Shown one piece after another: positions 40,543 to 50,328 of a stretch of DNA of 64,000 nucleotides. Below the pieces are notes generated by a model. That model saw only the letters and a list, made by a program, of their open reading frames with translations. It ran no database searches and was not told the DNA's origin. The translations under genes were made by a program, and so were the position numbers. Source of the stretch: Chloroflexota bacterium (GTDB lineage: Bacteria; Chloroflexota; Anaerolineae; Anaerolineales; UBA11579). The stretch lies in NCBI GenBank assembly GCA_019456165.1, contig VRUJ01000006.1:3792-67791 (forward strand). The letters are read 5' to 3'. How positions within the stretch are numbered: position 1 is the first letter of the stretch; each line of letters opens with the position of its first letter.

Positions 40543-41631
40543 ATGGATCCAAACCTGTTTGACCAAGCCTTCAGCGTGCGCCCCGGCGAAGAGCTGGACA
40601 CCGCCAAGCTGGAAACCTATTTACTAGCCCAGCTTCCCGATTCGAGCGGCCCGTTGACCGTGGAGCAGTTCCCCGGGGGGTACTCCAACCTGACTTACCT
40701 GCTGCGCATTGGACAACGCGAGCTGGTGCTGCGAAGGCCTCCTTTCGGCAGGAAAATAAAGACCGCCCACGATATGGGGCGAGAATACCACATCCTCTCC
40801 AATCTAGAAAAAGTCTATGCACACGTGCCGCGCCCTTTGGCTTTTTGTGAGGATGAAGACGTGATAGGCGCGCCTTTCTATATTATGGAACGCATCCAAG
40901 GAGTAGTGCTGCGCGCTAAACCATCCAAAGATTTGAATCTATCACCAGGAAACATGCGGAACCTATCCGAAGCTTTCATTGATAACCTGGCCGCGATACA
41001 CACGCTTGACTACAAGGCTGCCGGGCTGGGCGAGTTGGGAAAGCCTGAGGGATATGTAGAACGGCAAATAAAAGGCTGGACCAAACGCTACTATGACGCA
41101 CAAACTGATGAAATTCCGCAAATCGAGGCGGCTGCAGAGTGGTTGGCAGAAAACATGCCTCCAGAAAGCGGCGCAGCGCTGATCCACAATGATTACAAGT
41201 ACGACAATTTGATCCTGGATCCCCACGACCTAAGCAACATTTTGGGTGTGCTGGATTGGGAGATGGCAACAATCGGTGACCCGCTAATGGACCTGGGTAC
41301 CACTCTAGGGTTTTGGGTGGACCCAGACGATCCCCAAGAGCTTAAAGACTTGGCCTTTGGCATCACTTCGATATCGGGTAACTATACACGCATGCAGCTA
41401 GTTAACCGCTATGCTGAACGAACCGGTCTCGACCTTTCCCAGGTGCTATTCTATTATGTCTACGCCTTATTTAAAATCGCTGTGATCGTGCAGCAAATTT
41501 ATGCGCGTTACAAAGCCGGGCACAGCCAGGATGAGCGTTTCGCCAGGATGATAGATGTTGTGCGCGTGATGGGTTACGTATCAAACCGAGCTTTAGAATT
41601 GGGTCGTATAAATCACCTTTCGATGGTATAG
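40543..41631 (+). CDS. Phosphotransferase-family (APH/ChoK-like) kinase
   Basis: Brenner motif LIHNDYKYDNLIL and DWEMATIGDPLMDLG. This family is often found beside acyl-CoA dehydrogenases. Confidence 0.75.
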   Translation: MDPNLFDQAFSVRPGEELDTAKLETYLLAQLPDSSGPLTVEQFPGGYSNLTYLLRIGQRELVLRRPPFGRKIKTAHDMGREYHILSNLEKVYAHVPRPLAFCEDEDVIGAPFYIMERIQGVVLRAKPSKDLNLSPGNMRNLSEAFIDNLAAIHTLDYKAAGLGELGKPEGYVERQIKGWTKRYYDAQTDEIPQIEAAAEWLAENMPPESGAALIHNDYKYDNLILDPHDLSNILGVLDWEMATIGDPLMDLGTTLGFWVDPDDPQELKDLAFGITSISGNYTRMQLVNRYAERTGLDLSQVLFYYVYALFKIAVIVQQIYARYKAGHSQDERFARMIDVVRVMGYVSNRALELGRINHLSMV

Positions 41632-41877
41632 TATAGGGGATATATTTAGTCTTATTTGCCATGTTTTGTTTCTAGCCGAAAATTTTACATAAACGTCTAC
41701 AACTCAAACTTTATTGGGCTATGAGAAGGAAAAACGATATTACTCAGTTATTTTTCGATGGTCAAAGCACTGTGTATTGTTTATGCATTCAAAATCTTGT
41801 ACAATGCGAGCAAGTCACAATGTTGGAGTAAACCGCACGGCTAGCAATCCACTAGGATGTTAGCAAGGAGCACTAAG

Positions 41878-42195
41878 ATGGATATCATCAAAGTTTCTGG
41901 GACATCAAGAACATCTGCCGTAGCGGGCGCGATTGCCGGGGTATTTCGCGACTTTAAAAGAGCGGAGGTACAGGCAATTGGCGCCGGAGCAGTAAACCAA
42001 GCGGTAAAAGCGTTGGTATTAGCCAAAGGCTACCTAGCTGAGGACGGATACGAAGTGATATTCTGGCCGGAATTCATCGATGTAGATATCGATGGCAAGA
42101 TCCGCACAGCCATCAGGTTAACCGTCGAGCTACGCTATTTGACTGAGGATACTGGGGAACCAGAGGCGGAAACCGAGATAATAAAATCTTTTTAA
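41878..42195 (+). CDS. spoVS: Stage V sporulation protein S (SpoVS)-like protein
   Basis: MDIIKVSGTSRTSAVAGAIAGVFRD...VQAIGAGAVNQAVKALVLAKGY...VIFWPEFIDVDIDGKIRTAIRLTV closely matches the SpoVS family. RBS aaggag. Confidence 0.8.
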   Translation: MDIIKVSGTSRTSAVAGAIAGVFRDFKRAEVQAIGAGAVNQAVKALVLAKGYLAEDGYEVIFWPEFIDVDIDGKIRTAIRLTVELRYLTEDTGEPEAETEIIKSF

Positions 42196-42318
42196 TCTCG
42201 AAGAAAAACGTCACCCCCCCTCAATAAGCAATAATCTATCAGCCAGGCTGATATAATTAAACGTGCCTGTTATTATAATCAGGCTGGTTTTCTAAGCACA
42301 CCTAAATCCAGTTACCTC

Positions 42319-43317
42319 ATGCTGCCTCTTGCTGATATCAAGAATTTTAATGCTGCTGCTGACAGCGTAGATAAGAGATTAACTGCGCGCCTCACTAAGT
42401 GGGAACTTTTTGCTTTGGCTTTCAGCGCTTCTCTGGTGGGGTTCTTTATTTGGGTGCATGCACAGCTTCAGATGCTCCCTTTTGATTACACAGTTTATAT
42501 TGATACAGCGGATAATATTTTTCAGCACTATTACTACAGCACATGGATTTTGCCAATTTTCTGGTTGTTAGCCAAGCTGCCATTTGCGGTTGGCTTTGCA
42601 CTCTGGAATATTATCAACATATTGAGCGTTTTCTTTGCCGCGCGCGTATTCGGAGGCAGGGCAGCACCCGCGCTGCTCAGTTTTCAAATGTTTTATTGTT
42701 TGTTCCTAGGTTCCATCATAGGAATTTTGGTCGGAGGACTAGCTCTATTCTGGTGGGGTTTAACGCATAAACGCTGGAATATAGCCGGGCTGGGGTTAAT
42801 CCTGGCTATCACAAAATTTCAGATCGGGCTGGCCTTCGGCCTGTTTCTCCTATTTGCAACCAATATCTCTTGGCGTGATAGGCTGAGGGTAATGCTTGTG
42901 CCTGTCATCGTCGTATTATTATCGCTGGTTATTGATCCATCCTGGCCAATGAACCTTTTAAACAGACTGGAGGTCGTCCCTGCTTACGACTGGGGAAGCG
43001 TCTCCCTTTTCCGCTGGGTTGGTATCTCAGCGCTGCTGTTGTGGCTGCCTCCTTTACTTCTGAAGCTTAGGCGCACAGAACGGTTCGTTAGTCTGGCGGC
43101 CACCACCCCCATGGCGGTGCCATACTTCCAACAGGTAGATTTGCTAACCTTGTTTGTTCTGCCGGTTGGGTGGTTGCCGGTGCTGCTCGGTAACTTTGGG
43201 TTCCTTTTCTTCATTTACCAATTCAAAGCTCTGGAAAAACTATTCATTGTGCCCTTGCTAATTTATATATCAGTTATAATTCCTGCAATATTAAAACGCA
43301 GACAATCAATCAGATAG
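42319..43317 (+). CDS. Polytopic membrane protein, hypothetical
   Basis: About 9 TM segments. No catalytic motif recognised. Confidence 0.5.
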   Translation: MLPLADIKNFNAAADSVDKRLTARLTKWELFALAFSASLVGFFIWVHAQLQMLPFDYTVYIDTADNIFQHYYYSTWILPIFWLLAKLPFAVGFALWNIINILSVFFAARVFGGRAAPALLSFQMFYCLFLGSIIGILVGGLALFWWGLTHKRWNIAGLGLILAITKFQIGLAFGLFLLFATNISWRDRLRVMLVPVIVVLLSLVIDPSWPMNLLNRLEVVPAYDWGSVSLFRWVGISALLLWLPPLLLKLRRTERFVSLAATTPMAVPYFQQVDLLTLFVLPVGWLPVLLGNFGFLFFIYQFKALEKLFIVPLLIYISVIIPAILKRRQSIR

Positions 43318-43376
43318 TGTTGGCCTACAGAAAACCATATTGATCTGTGCAATAGATGCTTATCGAGGTCTAAAAA

Positions 43377-44249
43377 ATGTCTATCCGAAGCAAACACATT
43401 GACATACCGCAATCTAGCGCAAAGCTGGAGACAAACGCGCGCTGGATGCAAACCTCATATGTTTTTTTTGAACGGCTTACCAGGAAATGGTGGTTTTACC
43501 TGCTGTTACTCGTTGTGCCTTTCTTTATCTTGCCAATTAGCACAGAAAAAGGATTAACTGGCCCAAGCGATGTGGGACCGCTAATTTGGAGATTGGGTGA
43601 CGATTGGCTGAGAAGGAAAGCTCTTTTCGTGCCATACCAACCTTTCGCTCACCTTGGCGTGGTTTTGCTGATCGCGGCTGTATTCCGTTGGGGCAATAAA
43701 TTTGGCCGAATTTTTTCCACCGCCATTGGCTTGCACTTTATGTCTTTGATCTACTTCCAGGCAGTTGGGGTGGCCGAAAATTACGGGCTTGTGCTGGTAA
43801 TCATGTTCACTATCTGGTTCCTGGCAGCCGCACTGCCGTTCCTGTGGGAGGGTATAATAAATATAGGCGACTATACATTTAAGCGTTTATCCTTGTGGAG
43901 ATATTGGGTAGTTCCCCTGGCGATCCTCGCATTCTGGGACCCAGACCAAACTTGGGATTTGGACCCGGCCATGTTCGTCTATTCTCCATCACCGACTGCG
44001 GCTTGCATGATGGCACCGATATACCTGGCGGTGCTCAGCCTGCTCTATCCCAGAGTGAACATGGTAGCTTTCCGGATGATGAGTTTTACCAGCCTGATTT
44101 TCGGCGTGCTTTCTATTGCTGTGGGTATATTCAAGGAAGGGGATGACGCAGTTTATTGGACATTGCTGCACATGCCTCAGATCTTGATTTCGCTTTATTG
44201 TTTTGTGCTCGGGTTGCGGGCGCCTAAGCCGGAAGCTGTGGTGTCTTAA
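43377..44249 (+). CDS. Polytopic membrane protein, hypothetical
   Basis: About 7 TM segments. Confidence 0.5.
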   Translation: MSIRSKHIDIPQSSAKLETNARWMQTSYVFFERLTRKWWFYLLLLVVPFFILPISTEKGLTGPSDVGPLIWRLGDDWLRRKALFVPYQPFAHLGVVLLIAAVFRWGNKFGRIFSTAIGLHFMSLIYFQAVGVAENYGLVLVIMFTIWFLAAALPFLWEGIINIGDYTFKRLSLWRYWVVPLAILAFWDPDQTWDLDPAMFVYSPSPTAACMMAPIYLAVLSLLYPRVNMVAFRMMSFTSLIFGVLSIAVGIFKEGDDAVYWTLLHMPQILISLYCFVLGLRAPKPEAVVS

Positions 44250-44419
44250 CGACTGCTAAATCTTTATACTAAGGTGAACAGAGATTATGCGAATCTCACC
44301 TAACTTGTAAAACAATTATCACAAATGAGGATAGACCAGAACCGTTCATTCATGAAATCAGAAACACTCATTTCTAGCTATCTGACATTTTTATTAATGC
44401 ATGTCAATCCTGTAAACCA

Positions 44420-44558
44420 CGATTTGTCATTTCGAGAAGGACAAAACCCTGTTTTGTCCGCCGAGAAATCCCTGAAATGCTCTTTTTTAGGTTGTCAGGT
44501 CTTGGAAAACTGGGGTTTCAGGGATTCCTCACCCCCTGCGGGGGGTTCGGAATGACAA
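44420..44558. repeat. Inverted pair of 'GTCATTYCGAG...GARAATCCCTGA' family elements (forward copy ~44426-44477, reverse copy ~44519-44558)
   Basis: gtcatttcgagaaggacaaaaccctgttttgtccgccgagaaatccctgaaa ... cagggattcctcaccccctgcggggggttcggaatgacaa. Each has an internal perfect hairpin. The same family occurs at 65-102, 302-339 and 50087-50126. Confidence 0.7.
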
Positions 44559-44696
44559 TAAACTACCAAAATCCTCTAAACTCCTATCCCCGCTGCAAGC
44601 TACGGGGTATTCAGCAAGAATAACCAGTATATTTTCATTCTTTTGCAACCTTATTAGATCGATTTGTTAAAACTATCTAGTGGCGAGATAAAATAT

Positions 44697-45317
44697 TCAA
44701 TCAATCTCAGTAATGTTACCATTATCGCTTACAAACAAGGCACTAATTGCCGTTCGCGCCTTTGCCAATTTTGGAAGTCGCCTCCAAAGATTTCGAAACT
44801 GTTTCATGTCTGGTATTGCAATGCTGTATTTTGCACCTGGATCACCCATTCTTTGTAAAGTTTCTCCAAGAACTGCAAGAAAGTAATTGACCCTCATTGG
44901 ACTTCGTGACCCTTGCCCTTTCACTTCAATAATCCATCTTCTGCCGCCCCGAAAGGCTTCAATATCAATTCCTTGTGCCCTCCCCCAGGCAATCTCAGTA
45001 TGCCAGCCTTTTTCCTTCAACCATTGCTCTAGTATTGTTTTGATCTTGTCTTCAGAAAGATGACTACCTTTATCAATATTCGCACCAGTCTTGCCATGCA
45101 GTTTTCCTTGAAAATCTGGCACAAGCAAATAATTACCAATCCGACCGTCTGAACGCTTATGCCGATCAAGAATACCTCTTGTTTCCAGTGAGCGACACGA
45201 TTGATTCACAGCTTGCTGAGGGGCACCTGGACCAACAAGGATATCAGTAATCTCACGATCTGATAGTCCAGGTTGATCTTCTAAAATGGAGGTTATTTTC
45301 TCTGCCAAAGTTTTCAT
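44697..45317 (-). CDS. wHTH DNA-binding domain fused to an Mrr-cat-like PD-(D/E)xK restriction-endonuclease domain
   Basis: C-terminal GIDIEAFRGGRRWIIEVKGQGS matches the D...(D/E)xK core of Mrr-type nucleases. The N-terminus has a winged-helix pattern. Moderately low GC. Confidence 0.5.
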   Translation of the reverse strand: MKTLAEKITSILEDQPGLSDREITDILVGPGAPQQAVNQSCRSLETRGILDRHKRSDGRIGNYLLVPDFQGKLHGKTGANIDKGSHLSEDKIKTILEQWLKEKGWHTEIAWGRAQGIDIEAFRGGRRWIIEVKGQGSRSPMRVNYFLAVLGETLQRMGDPGAKYSIAIPDMKQFRNLWRRLPKLAKARTAISALFVSDNGNITEID

Positions 45318-45349
45318 TTTGAATGAGTAATTACACTTGCTGTGAGGGC

Positions 45350-46015
45350 TTACCGTGAATTGGCTACTTCTTCGGGGTAGAAAACAACTTCCTCTTTGCC
45401 TGTCAACTTCTCCTGCACCTTCTGCACGATCAAATCCAAGTGACCTGGGTGGGCGACGTAATCCATCTCATCAGCGGGGACGGTGAGTACGGGGCAGAGG
45501 GCAAAGCTTGCGATCCAGGCTTCGTAGAGATCATTTAGCTGCAGCAAGTAATCGGAAGATATCTGGCTTTCGTATCCCCGGCCGCGCAGTTCGATGCGCT
45601 GATTTAGCGTGGGAACCGAAGCGCGTAAATAAACGACAAGATCGGGTGGGGAGAGCATCTCGGTGAGCAGGCTGAAGAGTTCGCGATATGTAGCGAAGTC
45701 TCGCTCGGTGATGTGCCCGCGCAAGTACAGATTCTTGGCAAAAACCTCTGCATCCTCGTATACCGTGCGGTCTTGGATAACAGAATTATCATTTGCCAGC
45801 AATTCACGGTGCGAGCGTAAGCGGTGGGTGATGAAATAGACTTGCGAGTGAAAAGCCCAAGCCTGCATGTCTTCGTAAAAGTCTTCTATATATGGATTTT
45901 CGGCAACCGGCTCGTAATACGGTTGCCAGCCCATTTTCTCACACAGCATATCCACCAGGGTAGATTTGCCCACACCAATGTTTCCTGCTACTGCAACGAA
46001 TTTTTTCACACTAAT
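45350..46015 (-). CDS. Deoxynucleoside kinase (dAK/dGK/dCK family)
   Basis: P-loop VAVAGNIGVGKSTLV. ERS-like motif (..DRTVYEDA..). Typical length. Start approximate (ATG 46015 or GTG 46006). Confidence 0.8.
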   Translation of the reverse strand: MSVKKFVAVAGNIGVGKSTLVDMLCEKMGWQPYYEPVAENPYIEDFYEDMQAWAFHSQVYFITHRLRSHRELLANDNSVIQDRTVYEDAEVFAKNLYLRGHITERDFATYRELFSLLTEMLSPPDLVVYLRASVPTLNQRIELRGRGYESQISSDYLLQLNDLYEAWIASFALCPVLTVPADEMDYVAHPGHLDLIVQKVQEKLTGKEEVVFYPEEVANSR

Positions 46016-48356
46016 CATCCTCCATTTCAGGGGTCTCATCTTTAACAAAGAAAGCTACTGCTCGGCCTGCTTGGTCATCCATCACCAAATCCAAATGATA
46101 TCCTGGCCGGAAAGCGGCTGCATCGATCAAATGTAAGCTGTCGGCGAGCTTAGCATCTCTAGGCATTACATCCAGCAAGATATTGGGCGATGAGTAGAAA
46201 AAATCGCGATTGAAGATCGCATCTTCATCGTCCAGATAGATTGCCAATGGAAAAATTTGCGACTCAATCAGGTCCTGGAAAAAATGTGTGCCCAGAGACG
46301 GCTCAGGTGCAGACCCAACCCCCTCACCAGAAATCTCAATCAAAGCCCTTGAATTGAAAATATCAGAATAACTAACCTGCACACCCAAATCTGAGTTTGT
46401 GGACCCCCACCTGCCAGGACCCAGGAGGATGAACACCTGGCCTTCTAATTCGGTGTTCAAATGACCAATAGCACGGCTTAATTCTGTGCGAGCGGCTGGA
46501 GTTGGTAATGAAAAATACCCTTCGGGTGGAACATATAGCACATAACGAATATCATTCACTTGCCCGTGCGGCAGGACACGGCTGGTGGAGAAGATGATAT
46601 CCTTCTCATCCAATTCTTCAGGCAAGCGGATATTAGTTTCCTGCAAATGGCTCTGAGGCCGGCACTGCAAAAGGAAGATATCCACATCTGGATGAGATGT
46701 GTTTGTGTTACGAATCTGTGCTGTGAATTCTATATCTACAGGTGAGTGATACTTCTCCTCCAATATTTTTAGCATCCGGCGCATCTTATCGGCAAATGGT
46801 GTGCGGGCAATAAGCTCATCTAGAGTTACAACCAGTTGATCGGGTTTATCCTCAAGCAGGTTGCTGCGCAGAGATAAGATGTAGTTATCCTGGTAAAGCT
46901 GGGCAATATAACGCAAAACCGGATACCGTCGATTTAGGACTTCCTGAACCGGGAGTGTTTTGAATTCATTTGCTTCTAGATCTATCAGGTCAACAAAGCG
47001 CTGGGAGTAACGGTGAATGGCCTGGGGCGAAGGTTCAGCTCGTAAAAGCGGATGACTGAGAGCCACCAAACGAGGATAATCGCTGCCCACACGTTCCACC
47101 GCGCGTGTTCCAAGGCCCCAAACCAGGCGCAGAAAGCCTTCTTCCCTACCAATATGCGGAGACCAGCGGAACAGATTGCGGCTGAAAGCAACTCCGGCAA
47201 CGTGCGGCAAGTAATAACGGCCAAAAGGTTCACCCTGGACTACTTGTATTAGTACTGCAATGCGCTCGTCATAATCTTGTAAGCCCTTTGCTCTACGGTA
47301 CAGCAAGGGGTCGGCGCCCAGAACGCTGGCATACACGCCTGCAATCGCGTGGCAGAAAGCGTCCAAGTTTTCCTCCGGAGTGCCCTGGTTTGGGCAGAAG
47401 AAACTATCGTATTTTCCGGCAAACGACGTGCCAAAGTTATCTTCCAACAAGCTGGAGGAACGCACAATAATGGGACGGTTTCCAATTTTATATAATAAAT
47501 TTTCTAGATCCCGGACAATATCCGCTGGAAACTCACCTGCAAGATATTCTTTTTGAATCTGAGGAAACTCTGCCTTGATTTCATCTGCAGATTTGTACTT
47601 TTGGCCAGCCCAGTGCATCAGATCATTAGCGCTCATGAAAGCATACATAACATCTGCCCCCAAAAAATAAGATTCTGGGATATTCAAGCAAGCTTTAATC
47701 TCTTCATCACCTGATCCTTGCAAGATGCTTTGCGCTAGCAGCATCCCGGCTGCTTTGCCTCCGATCTTTCCCCGGCCTATTTTCCCTTCACGGATGCTGA
47801 TCAAATCATCAATGTCAAGCCATTCTTTAGCTATATTGATATACGCCAACTGGTCGCTAATCATGTTGCGGATGAGGACAACTTTTATCTCCTGCAAGCG
47901 TGCCTCATAGCGCTTTCTCTCTTCCGGGGGCATATTATTTATCAAATATGCTTGCTCAAAAAGGAGCTCTTGGGGAGCCAGTTCTGCATAAAATGAAGCC
48001 AACAGAGTATCGGTATCCGCTCCACGTTCCGCCAGGGTTGCACTCACAATCTCTTCAAACAATTCGAAAGGCAGGTTGTTGGCAAAGTGCAAATCTGTCA
48101 GATAATTGCGCACCCTCCTCAGACGTTCGCGCCATACATTCGGCGCTTCCTCGGCAAAGGGATCCTTAATCCCTTCGCTGCTCTGCGACTGAATCGCCTG
48201 TTGGCGGACCTGTTTTTCAAATTCATTCATGGAGACCACACCGCGTTCAACCAATTCGTGAAGCATCCTTGAGCGCATGCGCGTTTGAAGTATAGGGTAT
48301 TGGGAGAGCGCCAAGTAGATACGAAAGGTGGGATCGGAAGAGATCGGATGGGTCAT
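46011..48356 (-). CDS. PEP-utilising enzyme family protein (pyruvate,water/phosphate dikinase-like ATP-grasp/PEP-binding domain)
   Basis: IGGKAAGMLLAQSIL resembles the GGKaa nucleotide-binding motif of the PPDK N-terminal domain. 781 aa. Confidence 0.5.
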   Translation of the reverse strand: MTHPISSDPTFRIYLALSQYPILQTRMRSRMLHELVERGVVSMNEFEKQVRQQAIQSQSSEGIKDPFAEEAPNVWRERLRRVRNYLTDLHFANNLPFELFEEIVSATLAERGADTDTLLASFYAELAPQELLFEQAYLINNMPPEERKRYEARLQEIKVVLIRNMISDQLAYINIAKEWLDIDDLISIREGKIGRGKIGGKAAGMLLAQSILQGSGDEEIKACLNIPESYFLGADVMYAFMSANDLMHWAGQKYKSADEIKAEFPQIQKEYLAGEFPADIVRDLENLLYKIGNRPIIVRSSSLLEDNFGTSFAGKYDSFFCPNQGTPEENLDAFCHAIAGVYASVLGADPLLYRRAKGLQDYDERIAVLIQVVQGEPFGRYYLPHVAGVAFSRNLFRWSPHIGREEGFLRLVWGLGTRAVERVGSDYPRLVALSHPLLRAEPSPQAIHRYSQRFVDLIDLEANEFKTLPVQEVLNRRYPVLRYIAQLYQDNYILSLRSNLLEDKPDQLVVTLDELIARTPFADKMRRMLKILEEKYHSPVDIEFTAQIRNTNTSHPDVDIFLLQCRPQSHLQETNIRLPEELDEKDIIFSTSRVLPHGQVNDIRYVLYVPPEGYFSLPTPAARTELSRAIGHLNTELEGQVFILLGPGRWGSTNSDLGVQVSYSDIFNSRALIEISGEGVGSAPEPSLGTHFFQDLIESQIFPLAIYLDDEDAIFNRDFFYSSPNILLDVMPRDAKLADSLHLIDAAAFRPGYHLDLVMDDQAGRAVAFFVKDETPEMEDD

Positions 48357-48485
48357 TAGATGTTTAGAGATTCAAAAAAAGTTTGCCTTAACAAAAAAAC
48401 TAAGACAAACCGCTTTTTACTGGTAAAAATGTGGTTGTGTATATTTAGCGACGTTGATAGCAGCCTGATTTTTTCCAGAACAACC

Positions 48486-49619
48486 TCAACTACCGAGATG
48501 CATGGGCATGATTACGTGCAAATAGTTTTCTTCCCCCAAAGGCCTGATTAACCCAGGTGAGGTGGCGACGGAGGTTTCCAGCGCCACGTTGGGTGTATTG
48601 ATCACATCCAGCACTTCGCGCAGGAAACGCACGTTGAAGGCGATCAAAATGGGTTCGCCCTCAATTGTGGCGTCTACCATTGTTTCATTTGAACCGGTCT
48701 CTTCTGATTGAGCAGCAATTTCGACTTCCCCAGTTTGCGTATCATCACCTGGAGAAACTCTCAAACTGGCAATGTGCGAACCCTCACGGGCAAATATCTC
48801 AGCTTGCTTGCATGCTTTTAGGAAAGCATCCGTGGAAACCACAGTGCGGGTTTTAAACCCGTTGGGGATGATCTGCTCATATTCTGGAAAAGTGCCTTCG
48901 ATAAGCTGCGAGGCCAACTCAACATCTTTCAAGCGAAAGATAACCTGGCCGCGCTCAGGCGGTATTACCATGGTCACCATTTCGTCAGAGTCTCCTGCAA
49001 TCCGTGCCAATTCGCTCAGGGCGCGCGCCGGAATGACTGCCTGGAGGGGCTGTTTAACCGGGGCGGCCAATTTTGAGTGGCGCACAGAAAGCCGGAAGCC
49101 ATCCGCGGCAGCCATCGTGATGCGGTCGCCTTCTACAGTCACCAGCACACCGGTAAGTACAGGGCGGGCGTCATCGGTAGATGCGGTAAAAACTACTTGC
49201 TGGATCATTTCTTTTAGTTCGCTTACCTTGAATTCCAAGCCGCCATCCAACTCTGGTACGGGCATAGGTGGGAATTCCTGCGCATCAATGCACTTGATAT
49301 CCGTATTGGAGGCTCCGCTGCGGACATTTAGGTTCTGGGTACGTACGGCCAAATCCATATCAACTTGCTCATTTGGCAGTGTGTTCACCAGGTCTAAAAA
49401 TGTGCGCGCCGGGACCGTTGTAGAACCCTCATCTTCGATCTTGGCGCCAATCCAGCAGGTGATGCCTAATTCTAAATTAGTCGCAGAGAGACGCAGGCGT
49501 CCTTCGTCGGTGGCCATCAAAATGTTTGCCAGTACCGGTAATGTGCTGCGCGGGGAGACGGCGCGTGAGACAATACCAAGCCCCAAAGCCAGGTTTTCTT
49601 GTAACACGGATGCTTTCAT
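48486..49619 (-). CDS. dnaN: DNA polymerase III beta sliding clamp
   Basis: MKASVLQENLALGLGIVSRAVSPRSTLPVLANILM... and the 377-aa length are canonical for DnaN. Confidence 0.9.
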   Translation of the reverse strand: MKASVLQENLALGLGIVSRAVSPRSTLPVLANILMATDEGRLRLSATNLELGITCWIGAKIEDEGSTTVPARTFLDLVNTLPNEQVDMDLAVRTQNLNVRSGASNTDIKCIDAQEFPPMPVPELDGGLEFKVSELKEMIQQVVFTASTDDARPVLTGVLVTVEGDRITMAAADGFRLSVRHSKLAAPVKQPLQAVIPARALSELARIAGDSDEMVTMVIPPERGQVIFRLKDVELASQLIEGTFPEYEQIIPNGFKTRTVVSTDAFLKACKQAEIFAREGSHIASLRVSPGDDTQTGEVEIAAQSEETGSNETMVDATIEGEPILIAFNVRFLREVLDVINTPNVALETSVATSPGLIRPLGEENYLHVIMPMHLGS

Positions 49620-50328
49620 AAGCTTATGCCCTTCAAAAATGAGATGATTCTATAATCTCTTACAGTATACAACGGGAAGCACAAAATTACCAGTAACTCT
49701 ATAAAAACGACAGATTCTATAGGAATAATTTCCCTCCGGAGCTCCCTTGCCTTTTGGGAGGTTAAATTAAATTTGGCCTCCCAGGGCGCGCCGCGATTAC
49801 CAAATAAGGCCCGATAAAAGGCAGCATGAGCGCCAGCAAACCCCAGCCTAAATAGGCCATGAAGGTCAGCTCTCTGCGGCGCAGGAACAAGGCTGCCAAA
49901 AAAAGCATACAAAATAGGCAAATGAAAAGTAAAGCTCGCATGGTCTCGGGGGAGGTCAACAACATAGCAGTAAACCCAATTCGAATAAGAACAAACGTTC
50001 TGATATAAATTGTATATCATTTTTGGGTTATACGCAAGGGGAGGAGGGGGAGCTCCAGGGCCAGAATTCATCCCAAAATAGCTGTTCAGGGATTCCTCTC
50101 TCCCTCTGGTTGTTCAGAATGACATTGCTCACACATTTCATTCTGAACCCTGCAGGGGTGAAGAATCTCGAAGAATGCAGTTAATTAGCGGCAGTTTGTC
50201 CTTCGTATAGAAGTGTGCGTTCGCGAGATTCTTCGCTGCGCTCAAAATGACACGCCCCAATTATTCTCATGCTGATAAAAAACAAGCCCCGCTGAGCGAG
50301 GCTTGTGTGAACTCAATAGTGTGGGCGC

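Noticed and set aside
49616-50071. 151-aa ORF 49616..50071 (-) upstream of dnaN
   Set aside because: It overlaps the dnaN start and a repeat element, and has low-complexity Pro/Ala-rich composition typical of GC-rich non-coding read-through. Only the internal 67-aa membrane peptide (49762..49965) looks plausibly coding.
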